IMG/VR virus record: IMGVR_UViG_3300027898_000010
Location: 1 to 54,456 of that record
From: a virus
Lineage: Duplodnaviria; Caudoviricetes
Strand: one strand, 5' to 3'
Length of the DNA: 54,456 bases
Positions 28,449 to 36,696 of this stretch are shown piece after piece. A program made the translations under genes and the position numbers. The notes below the pieces were generated by a model that saw only the letters and a list, made by a program, of their open reading frames with translations, made no database searches and was not told the origin of the DNA. Every line of letters starts with the position of its first letter. Within the stretch, counting starts at the first letter, position 1.

Positions 28449-28556
28449 TACCGTATCCTCACTGGTTCAGTCAGGGCTCGATCCGTAGACCACCCGGCAC
28501 TAACGCGATGCCAAAGAGTACCCATGCGGATGCCACGCTCGCGGGCCCATTCGGCA

Positions 28557-28931
28557 TTACAAAAACTCTCCCCTCAACGTCTCGTACGTGGCATCCTTGC
28601 TCACGTGATCCCTGAGCCAGCGCCGGATCGTATCGCGCCCAACGTCGGCATCCGGGGTCGCGAGCGCCAAAAGCAGGACGGGCAACGCGCCGAATGCGGG
28701 CGCGACCTGAATGGCGACTAGCCATGCGACGCGCTGGAACACGGCCAGCGGGATCTCCTCTTGAGGCCAGTACGCAAGCCGGTCCTCCAGCAACTCTGCG
28801 TACTGCTCCTCATATGCCTGCTCGATCTGCGATTGCATCGAAACAGGCAAATCCTCCCCCGGGCGGAGGAGGTTCATGCTGGTCGCCACCCGCAGAGCAA
28901 GCTCGGCTGGCGTACGGATGGGACCGGCCAT
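28557..28931 (-). CDS. Head-tail adaptor (P22 gp4-like position)
   Basis: Helical 124 aa protein upstream of the gp10-like gene. Confidence 0.6.
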   Translation of the reverse strand: MAGPIRTPAELALRVATSMNLLRPGEDLPVSMQSQIEQAYEEQYAELLEDRLAYWPQEEIPLAVFQRVAWLVAIQVAPAFGALPVLLLALATPDADVGRDTIRRWLRDHVSKDATYETLRGEFL

Positions 28932-28939
28932 GGGCTACC

Positions 28940-29506
28940 TCACTTCTTCTTCTGGTTGGGGACTGCGGGCGCCTTAACCGGCGCGGGGTCCGGCTCCGGT
29001 ATCGATGCCGCCGCTACCTGTGGAGCAACCGGACGCACATCAGGGACGGGCGTCGGCGCCTTGGGCTGCTGGATGGCCTGAGACGAGGCCAGCTGCGCCT
29101 GCGTAAGCTCGGCTCGCTTCTTCGCGCGCTCCTGCTCCTCGGAAAGGCGCCTGGCCTCTGCCGCATTATGGGTCGCGAGCGCATCGCCGACCAGCGCGGA
29201 CGTTTTCGCCTGAGCGGCCTGACGCGCCTCGCTGATGCGGCGGTTGAAGTCGGCATCCGCCGTGCTGACACGGGTGCGGGCGGATGCAAGAATTTGCTGG
29301 TTCTCTTGGGCGATGTCGATGGGCGGCAGGCCGTCGACCTTGAACGACGGATTGCGGCGAAGCTTCTCGATGATGGGATCGCCAGCGCCACCCGGAACGG
29401 GTAGCGGCACGTTCAGTTTGAAGTGATGCCCGAGCGTTTGAACCTCGGGGGGCGTGCTTCGATCGCCAGCAATGCCGACGTAGGTAACAGTGGTTTGGTT
29501 CGTCAT
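28940..29506 (-). CDS. Hypothetical virion protein
   Basis: AAGGAG RBS; ATGA coupling. Confidence 0.65.
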   Translation of the reverse strand: MTNQTTVTYVGIAGDRSTPPEVQTLGHHFKLNVPLPVPGGAGDPIIEKLRRNPSFKVDGLPPIDIAQENQQILASARTRVSTADADFNRRISEARQAAQAKTSALVGDALATHNAAEARRLSEEQERAKKRAELTQAQLASSQAIQQPKAPTPVPDVRPVAPQVAAASIPEPDPAPVKAPAVPNQKKK

Positions 29507-30177
29507 GGGAGTGACCGCTCCTTTTTAGGCTTGGGTCCAGTTGGACCCGCCGGTTCCGTAAGGGCTCGCGCTACTTGCCAGCCCGCCTTCAAACGCAACG
29601 ATATAACGGCTTGAGAAACGCCAATTTCACGAGCCCAAGCCGCGATCGTCTGCGACTTGCCTTGATACTGAAGGACGCGAGACGACCGGCGGTTGATGGC
29701 CTGCCCATTAGGCGTTGACCACGATACGTTACCTGGCTCGTACCCGCGCGAGTTATCGCTGCGGTCCACCGAGTAACCAGGTCCTGGCTTAGGACCAATG
29801 TGGTCGATGAATCGCTGGAAGCCTTCCGGCCCATGCCACTCTGGACACACCTTGATTCCGCGACCGCCATATCTCCCGTAATCCTTACTATTAAGGTTGT
29901 GACACCGGGCAATCATGCCAAGCCACGTGTTGTACTCAGAAGTGCGCTTACCCTTGCGACCATGGCCATGAACCGTGTGAGCCGCACTGTTGCGATCGAA
30001 CAGATCACATCCACAGCTTACCGACCTAGGCAGGTTTGAGTGACGAACCTCCTTTGCCCCGCCGCACTCACACCGCACCAGCCAACGCGCCTTTCCGTCT
30101 GGAGCCTTGGGAGCCGCCGCTTCGACCGTTAAGCGCCCGAAGCGGCGACCAATCATGTCTGGTATCGATCTTGCCAT
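29503..30177 (-). CDS. HNH-type homing endonuclease
   Basis: GRRFGRLTV...WLVRCECG...SCGC...YGGRGIKVCPEW...SVDRSDNSRGYEPGNVSW; inserted after the capsid gene. Confidence 0.85.
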   Translation of the reverse strand: MARSIPDMIGRRFGRLTVEAAAPKAPDGKARWLVRCECGGAKEVRHSNLPRSVSCGCDLFDRNSAAHTVHGHGRKGKRTSEYNTWLGMIARCHNLNSKDYGRYGGRGIKVCPEWHGPEGFQRFIDHIGPKPGPGYSVDRSDNSRGYEPGNVSWSTPNGQAINRRSSRVLQYQGKSQTIAAWAREIGVSQAVISLRLKAGWQVARALTEPAGPTGPKPKKERSLP

Positions 30178-30228
30178 TGTGGCCTCCTTCTTAAATCAGG
30201 AGAACACAATGTATATTCCTATTGGGGG

Positions 30229-31407
30229 TTAGCCAAGCTTAACAAAGGCAGTTACACAGCTATTGTCGATATAGTTTCCGCCCTGCATGTTGCGCTGGAA
30301 TTTATTGCACCCGCGGCATTCCGTGATTCCGATGCCTTTCAGGTGCCCGTAGTCGTCGTCCTTGCGTTCGCGGAAGTCGGCATCCATGCCAAGACCGACC
30401 GCGATGGCCTGCGCGCCGACCAGGATGGCGCGGCCGTAGGCACCGGCAACGCCGGGGATGGTGCCGGCACCGATCGGGGTCATTTCCTGGATCTTACGGA
30501 TGATGCACCCGTTCCATTCCAGGTCGCCGCCGGTGCGCATCGGGTTCTTGTTCCAACCCGAGCCCTCACGAGCCCGCGCGTTCTGATTGAACGCCAGAAT
30601 GTCGGGATCGTACTGCGCCTGAGCGAAGGTAAAGGGATCGCAGAAGATCACCCAATATTCCTCGCCGTCGTCACCGATCTCGATGGGCGTCATGTGCGGG
30701 TTGGCCAGTTCGGCCGCCATCTTCATGCGGTCGACAATGTGGGCGCCGAACATATCGGTCGCCGCGTTCACGTTGCCGATCGAGGTCGCGAAATTGCCGG
30801 CGGCAAGGTTGGTCGAAGCGCCACCGAACACGATGCGGTCGGCGTTGTTCGTGGTCCAGGTGTTGAGCTGGGCGGGAGAGGCCTGGCTCGAGATAATGAC
30901 CGGGGCCGGATCGCCCGGGAGCACCTGCGTCGCATCCGGGTTGACCAGCGACGGCAGGATGGTGACGCCGGGAGAGACGGAGAACATCGCGTCGATAATC
31001 GCGTCGCGAAGCTGCTCCTTCGACCAGGTCATCAAGTGCGGCCGAACCTGCGGCAGCGCCTTGGCGAAGGTCATATGCTCGTCGCGTTCGGTGAGCAGCA
31101 CGCCGTTACGGAAGTACTCAACCGTGACGTTGTGCGAGAACCGCGCCAGGTCTTCTTCACGGCCCGCGAGCGGCATGTTGCCAGCAACGCCGCGCTTCTG
31201 CAGACGGCCCATGATCGGGAAGGTGATATTTTGACCACCCTTCTTCAGCTGCACGTCGATCTGAATGGGCATGGTGGCGTCCATGCCCATATACTTGTTA
31301 AAGCGATTTGTACGAACGTATTCAGTCATATACGTCGTTTTGAACAGCGGCAGATTGAAGCCTGACGGGTTCAAGGATTCAGTGCCGTAGCCTACTGCGT
31401 AAGACAT
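30229..31407 (-). CDS. Major capsid protein (DUF4043/N4-gp56-like)
   Basis: LKKGGQNITFP...PLAGREE...AILVGAQA...DDDYG; follows the scaffold gene. Confidence 0.85.
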   Translation of the reverse strand: MSYAVGYGTESLNPSGFNLPLFKTTYMTEYVRTNRFNKYMGMDATMPIQIDVQLKKGGQNITFPIMGRLQKRGVAGNMPLAGREEDLARFSHNVTVEYFRNGVLLTERDEHMTFAKALPQVRPHLMTWSKEQLRDAIIDAMFSVSPGVTILPSLVNPDATQVLPGDPAPVIISSQASPAQLNTWTTNNADRIVFGGASTNLAAGNFATSIGNVNAATDMFGAHIVDRMKMAAELANPHMTPIEIGDDGEEYWVIFCDPFTFAQAQYDPDILAFNQNARAREGSGWNKNPMRTGGDLEWNGCIIRKIQEMTPIGAGTIPGVAGAYGRAILVGAQAIAVGLGMDADFRERKDDDYGHLKGIGITECRGCNKFQRNMQGGNYIDNSCVTAFVKLG

Positions 31408-31436
31408 AGAATGGGTGCTCCCCTAAGCGGTTCAGA

Positions 31437-32429
31437 TTAGGCCGTCTGACGCTGCCCCTGGTCCACGCCGAGCCGCGCGTTCTTGCGCTGATCGAACATG
31501 GTGGCCAGGGAAGCCTTGGTGTCAGGCGGCGGTGCTGCCGGCAGCGTTCCGGTGCGGGGTACGCCCCCGAACGATGGCGGCAAGCGCGGCGGATTGGTGG
31601 GGGGCTGCTGACCGGCCGGAGCGCGCTGCTGCGGTGGTTTGCCTTGGGCCGAAGCGACCAGCTGAGCGAGAGCGTTCGGGTCCTGCAGCAATTCCTGGAA
31701 CACCGCCTGACGCACCGCGTCGGGGGAGCCGCCATATTTCTGCGTTGTGACCTGCGTCTGGTACCACTGACACGCCGCGACGACGGGATTAGGCCGCGCC
31801 ATGAACGAGTCTTTGAGACCAGCCGCCACCGCGGCATGCGTTGCTGCCTTGATGAGATCGCGCCCATAGACCGCCTCCGCGATGGAGTCGGACATATCGA
31901 GCTTGAGGTTTACGATCTCACCGCGGGCCTGCCCAAGCATGCCAACGATCGTGCTTTCAGCTACTTGCCGAACGACAGCCTGGATGGTTCGGGCGTACCC
32001 GAGCGGGTCCTGGATGACGTCCGGGATCTGGAAGTCCGGTGCAGCGGCTGGTGCCGGTTGCTGCCCCTGTGCGGCCCCCTGAACGAAGCCCCGCAGTTCG
32101 GCAATTTGAGCCGCCTGCTGGTTGAGCGCGGCAAGTAGCTGCTGAGACTGCGTCTCTGCAGTACGTGCGCGCTCGGTTGCTTCACGGAGACGAAACGACG
32201 GGACTAGGCCTTGGTCACCACCCTGCTCTTGCGACGGCGCCCCCTGTTGTCCCTGCGGTTGGCCTTCGTACTCCTGCTGGCCAGCGGGAGCGCCAAATGC
32301 GCCGTAGTTGTCATCGGGGGTCGGTGAAGGGCCACTCTGGTGGCCAGCTGGGAGGTTGTCGCCGCCAAAAGCAGCCACAAGGGCCGCCTGTGAAGCTTCA
32401 ACCGAGGGGACGGTGGCAGTTCCGGTCAT
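31437..32429 (-). CDS. Scaffolding protein
   Basis: Gln/Pro-rich, VPSFRLREAT coiled coil, directly upstream of the capsid gene. Confidence 0.75.
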   Translation of the reverse strand: MTGTATVPSVEASQAALVAAFGGDNLPAGHQSGPSPTPDDNYGAFGAPAGQQEYEGQPQGQQGAPSQEQGGDQGLVPSFRLREATERARTAETQSQQLLAALNQQAAQIAELRGFVQGAAQGQQPAPAAAPDFQIPDVIQDPLGYARTIQAVVRQVAESTIVGMLGQARGEIVNLKLDMSDSIAEAVYGRDLIKAATHAAVAAGLKDSFMARPNPVVAACQWYQTQVTTQKYGGSPDAVRQAVFQELLQDPNALAQLVASAQGKPPQQRAPAGQQPPTNPPRLPPSFGGVPRTGTLPAAPPPDTKASLATMFDQRKNARLGVDQGQRQTA

Positions 32430-32619
32430 TTCTCGCGCCTTTCGTTGCGTCGATCACGTCAAGTTTTGCCCCTTCTCGGCGGGGTGCCGTCTTGCTTGGG
32501 GGAGCCCGCTCAAGCGGCGCGGAGCCTCGTGTCGTGAGGCCAGCCCGGATCGGCGACGCATTACATCCAGACACCCGGAGCCGACCGGGTGGAACGCGGA
32601 ACCCAACAAAACGGAAAAT

Positions 32620-32635
32620 TGTTTCATGTGAAACA
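32620..32635. promoter_or_regulatory. parS-like palindrome TGTTTCATGTGAAACA
   Basis: 15/16 match to the bacterial parS consensus TGTTTCACGTGAAACA; intergenic. Confidence 0.7.
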
Positions 32636-32731
32636 TCTGCCAGAAACGCGGCATAGCTGAGCAAAATCAGCGCGAGAGAGCAGCGTCAATCCGACGAGAG
32701 TGGAAAAAGCGACAGAGTGGCGGAATAGATA

Positions 32732-32746
32732 TGGAAAATATTTCCA
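32732..32746. promoter_or_regulatory. Operator copy TGGAA-AATAT-TTCCA upstream of the helicase module
   Basis: Perfect match. Confidence 0.7.
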
Positions 32747-32798
32747 CATTCGAGTAATGGTCGGGTCGCCACCAGGCACCTAACCAAGGGGATCGACC

Positions 32799-35180
32799 AT
32801 GACGCCAACGAAAGAGCAGAGCGAAGCGCTCGAAAAATTCGCCACCGGCAAGAGCCTGCGCATCGGAGCCTTTGCGGGTTCGGGCAAGACCAGCACGATG
32901 AAGCTGCTATCCCGATCGACCTCGCGTGCCGGGGTGATGATGTGCTTCAACAAGAGCATCGCGGAGGACGCGGCCAAGAGCTTCCCTCGCAACGTTTCGT
33001 GCCAGACGACGCACGGGATGGCTTTCCGCTCCATGCGGGACGCCTACTCCACCGAGAAGCTGACGGGATCGCTGAACGGCGGATTCGTCGCCGCCAAGCT
33101 CCGCATCAACTCGCAGGACTACGGGGCTGGCATGGTGGTTCGTGGCCGCCAGCACGCCTTTCTGATCGTAGAAACCCTAAAGCGCTGGATGCGCTCCGAC
33201 CGCCCCCAGGTGATGTGGTTCGACGTTCCGCTCGACGGCAAGCTTTCCACGTTGACCGATGATCTGGCCAAGCAGGTGGCCTTCCGCATCGCCAAGGACG
33301 CCCGCGACGTTTGGGAGAAGATGATCGACCCCAGGCACGAATTGCCGCTTGGGCACGACGGATACCTGAAGGCATGGGCGATGAAGCGGCCGGAGATCCC
33401 GTGCGACTTCCTGGTGCTCGACGAGGCTCAGGATACGAATCCAGTCGTGCTCGGGATTTTAAAAAATCAGCAGGCCCAGACTGCGTGTGTCGGCGATGCG
33501 CACCAATGCCAACCGGCGGGCACGATGGTGGCCGTTGTCACGAAGAAATCGACCAGTGGAGCCAAGGCCAAGGGCGCGACTTCTGCACGTGCGGAATGGG
33601 AGAGCGTGCCGATCGAGCGGATCAAGAGAGGCGATCGCGTCGTCTCGTACAACATCAGCGGGCGGCATCTGCGGGCCGACGGCGACCTCGTCACCAGGGT
33701 GGCTAGCCGTCAATTTTCAGGCAACCTCGTCCGCGTTTTTGTTGGAGGAAAGGTCATCGACTTCACGCCAAACCACCGATGCGTCGTCAAGATCAATGGC
33801 GGCCTAAAAGGCAAGCACGTCGTCTATTTGATGCGAAAAGGAGGTTCGTTCCGGATCGGTAAATCACAGGCTGGCTACACATCCCAGCATGGGCAACTCG
33901 GATTCATGGCCCGAGCATCTAACGAGGGCGCTGAGAAAGTGTGGGTTCTCAGTATTCACGACAGTGATCGGGAGGCGCGCATCGCAGAGGCGGTCACGGC
34001 TGCAAAATTCGGACTTCCAGTTATCATGTTCAAAGACAGCATGGCAAAGTCCAGATCCGCCAATCGCAACGGCGATCAGGCATACATAGACGCCGTATTT
34101 TCCGCGTTGGGCGATCTCACGCACAATGCCATCGCTGCTCTAAATGCCCATGGCCGGCATCTCGAATACCCAATCTGGAGGAAGGGCGCGGCAAACCTGA
34201 AAAATCGCCGAGTCACCGAAATCCACGCCTGCAATCTTATGGATGGAATGAACTTCATCAGTGGCTCAGAGCGTGGGCACGGGCGCCCGGATATGGCTCC
34301 CATCAAAGTCGAGCGCATCCCGTTTAGCGGCATCGTCTACTCGATCGAGGTTGCCAACGTCAAAACCTACATCGCAAACGGCTTCGTGACGCACAACTCC
34401 ATCTATCAATGGCGCGGGGCGATGAACGCGATGAAGGAACTCCCATGCGAGCAAGAAGCGCGGCTCTCGATGTCGTTCCGCTTCGGGCAAGCCATCGCCG
34501 ACGAAGCGACCGACGTGCTGCGGCTGCTGGGCGAAACGCTGCCCTTGCGCGGCAACCCGAACATGGCAAGCATGGTCGGGCCGGTGGAGCTTCCCGACGC
34601 GGAGTTGTTCCGCACGAATGGCCGCTTGATCGAGGCCCTGATCGACTACATCCAAACCGGCTTGCGGCCGATGGTAGTGGGCGGAGTGAATGATATCCTC
34701 GCCATGGTCGACGGCAGCGAGAAGCTGATGCGCGGCCAGCCGGTAGAGTACCCGCTCGAACTGTTCGGGTTCTCCCACTGGGGTGAGGTTCAGGAGGCCA
34801 GCGAGCGCGAAGACGGCCAGGAACTGCGCCGCTGGGTCCGGCTGATCGACCAGCATGGCGTCGATGGGCTGCGTAAGGCCCTGACGGGGCTCCCGACAAG
34901 CGAAGCCAACGCCAACGTGATCATGAGCACCGGGCACAAATCCAAGGGCCGCGAGTGGGGCAAGGTCCGGCTCGAAGACGATTTCCTGCGCAACGTGACC
35001 ATCGACGGAGAGGCATCGCGAGCAAACTTCGCCGCCGGAAAATTCGATGAAGAACTACGGCTGTTCTATGTCGCGATGACGCGAGCCGAAATGCAAGTCG
35101 AGATCCCGGAAAGCTTAACCGAGAAGGTCGCCGGGCTGAGCGGGATCATGAGGGAGCCAGGATTTAGGAGGGCAGCATAA
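32799..35180 (+). CDS. UvrD/Rep-like SF1 helicase containing an intein
   Basis: AFAGSGKT, DEAQD, VGDAHQ|SIYQWRGA split by the intein, STGHKSKGREW, LFYVAMTRA. Confidence 0.9.
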   Translation: MTPTKEQSEALEKFATGKSLRIGAFAGSGKTSTMKLLSRSTSRAGVMMCFNKSIAEDAAKSFPRNVSCQTTHGMAFRSMRDAYSTEKLTGSLNGGFVAAKLRINSQDYGAGMVVRGRQHAFLIVETLKRWMRSDRPQVMWFDVPLDGKLSTLTDDLAKQVAFRIAKDARDVWEKMIDPRHELPLGHDGYLKAWAMKRPEIPCDFLVLDEAQDTNPVVLGILKNQQAQTACVGDAHQCQPAGTMVAVVTKKSTSGAKAKGATSARAEWESVPIERIKRGDRVVSYNISGRHLRADGDLVTRVASRQFSGNLVRVFVGGKVIDFTPNHRCVVKINGGLKGKHVVYLMRKGGSFRIGKSQAGYTSQHGQLGFMARASNEGAEKVWVLSIHDSDREARIAEAVTAAKFGLPVIMFKDSMAKSRSANRNGDQAYIDAVFSALGDLTHNAIAALNAHGRHLEYPIWRKGAANLKNRRVTEIHACNLMDGMNFISGSERGHGRPDMAPIKVERIPFSGIVYSIEVANVKTYIANGFVTHNSIYQWRGAMNAMKELPCEQEARLSMSFRFGQAIADEATDVLRLLGETLPLRGNPNMASMVGPVELPDAELFRTNGRLIEALIDYIQTGLRPMVVGGVNDILAMVDGSEKLMRGQPVEYPLELFGFSHWGEVQEASEREDGQELRRWVRLIDQHGVDGLRKALTGLPTSEANANVIMSTGHKSKGREWGKVRLEDDFLRNVTIDGEASRANFAAGKFDEELRLFYVAMTRAEMQVEIPESLTEKVAGLSGIMREPGFRRAA
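33507..34397 (+). mobile_element. Intein (297 aa) in helicase motif III
   Basis: Starts CQPAGT, block B FTPNH, ends VYSIEV...YIANGFVTHN|S; removal restores GDAHQSIY. Confidence 0.9.
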
Positions 35181-35530
35181 TGTGCACGGTTGAGCAGAAG
35201 AAGATCAAGAGGATCAGAGAGTTTTGGTATCGGCAGCAGGGGGCGTGCTGCTTCTGGTGTCAGCAGCCGGTTCCGCCCGATGAGGCGACGGCCGACCACA
35301 TCATCGAACGGTCGAAGGGCGGGCGCACCACGATCGAGAACATCCGCATGGCCTGCGCCCATTGCAACTGGCACCGCTCGAACGGGCCGCGCTACGATGC
35401 CCACGTCAAGGCCCGACAGAGGCACCTGGAGGGACTGCGTCCGAATTCCCTGCCCAAGACCATGATCAAAGAAGGCCTTCGCGAGATTGAGCGGCGCAAC
35501 CGAGAGCAGCCGATCGGTGCCAGCCCATGA
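35180..35530 (+). CDS. HNH endonuclease
   Basis: CFWC...TADHIIERSKGG...NIRMACAHCN. Confidence 0.85.
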   Translation: MCTVEQKKIKRIREFWYRQQGACCFWCQQPVPPDEATADHIIERSKGGRTTIENIRMACAHCNWHRSNGPRYDAHVKARQRHLEGLRPNSLPKTMIKEGLREIERRNREQPIGASP

Positions 35531-35787
35531 GGATGCCGAACCTTGTGACCAGGCGTCTCGCGCCGGACCCAGCGCCGCCGGAGGCAGCCAACGGGATCGA
35601 GTTTGAGTCGATGGACGATCTAGCCGACCGCATCGACACGCAGAAGGCTGCCATCGCAAAGACGGTGGCCAAGCTGCAGCAAGAGAACGAGAACCTAGAC
35701 GATCTGATCCGGCAAATGACCACGATCATCGAGGCGCGGCAGGTGTTGAACCGCACAAATCAACCGTACGTTTTCGAGGAAGACTGA
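35527..35787 (+). CDS. Coiled-coil hypothetical protein
   Basis: ATGA coupling; heptad pattern. Confidence 0.65.
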   Translation: MRMPNLVTRRLAPDPAPPEAANGIEFESMDDLADRIDTQKAAIAKTVAKLQQENENLDDLIRQMTTIIEARQVLNRTNQPYVFEED

Positions 35788-35788
35788 C

Positions 35789-35980
35789 ATGCCGACAGAT
35801 GGCTTCACTTGGCTGCGGTTTGTGCCGCACACGCGGGTAGCCGATTACGAGAGCGTCGGCTGGGAGTTGAGCGACGACCTTTCGACGTGCCACCACGGCC
35901 AGCACGCGGTGATCATGAGGTGGGCTGGAGAGGGCTACCCGCGAGCGCCGGTCAACGCGTGGTCCGATCCGCAAGGGTAG
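35789..35980 (+). CDS. Small hypothetical protein
   Basis: GAGG RBS; tight spacing. Confidence 0.6.
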   Translation: MPTDGFTWLRFVPHTRVADYESVGWELSDDLSTCHHGQHAVIMRWAGEGYPRAPVNAWSDPQG

Positions 35981-36032
35981 CCTGCGCCCGGCCGCCGTAC
36001 TACAATGACGACCCCAGCAACGGAGCACCGAC

Positions 36033-36347
36033 ATGAGTATGTCCGACATCCGAACCTATACGCGCCTTGTCGTGCACAAAGCGCGGCTGGACGCCGACGA
36101 CGTGATGCTGGCGGCGATCGATAGAGCCGTCGTGGAAATCATGTTCATGGTCCGCCAGGATGCGGCAACATACCTGAGCGGTGCCGGAGAGTGCTCCGCT
36201 GCCGCTACGCTCCTGGCCATGACGGATCGCCAGCACGAAGGCTTTCAGGCGTTGACGCGAGACGACCTTATGGACGCTCTTCGTCGCCGGGGGGAGGAGA
36301 GCCGTCCGGCAAAGTCCTTGACGCCATCAGATCCCGCTCACCCTTAA
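36033..36347 (+). CDS. Hypothetical protein
   Basis: GGAG RBS. Confidence 0.65.
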   Translation: MSMSDIRTYTRLVVHKARLDADDVMLAAIDRAVVEIMFMVRQDAATYLSGAGECSAAATLLAMTDRQHEGFQALTRDDLMDALRRRGEESRPAKSLTPSDPAHP

Positions 36348-36441
36348 AACAAGAGGCTGAGCGGAAAGGGCAGCGTCGCGGAGCTTTCGTACTGCTCGTC
36401 ATCGCTCCGCGGGCCAAAGAAGGCATTCGCGTCTGCCACGG

Positions 36442-36687
36442 CTACTTGCCAGGAATCGTCGGTGGCGCCGCGCTTGGACCCGCCCCCGGCGACGGCTTGC
36501 GGAAGGCGTTGTCGACGGGCGAGACGGACGGCGCCGGCAGGCGGAGGCCCTTCATCTTGGCCTTGCCGCCACGCATGCGCTGGTCGTCGTTGTCGGGCGG
36601 CCCGCCGGGATTGCCGACGCCTTCGCCAGCGGGGGGTCCAACCATGGGCTTGGGCTTCGTCGGCTGGCCTTTGAGGGGGGGCTGCAT
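36442..36687 (-). CDS. Small Pro/Lys-rich protein after the portal gene
   Basis: AGGAG RBS. Confidence 0.55.
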   Translation of the reverse strand: MQPPLKGQPTKPKPMVGPPAGEGVGNPGGPPDNDDQRMRGGKAKMKGLRLPAPSVSPVDNAFRKPSPGAGPSAAPPTIPGK

Positions 36688-36696
36688 GGAATGCTC

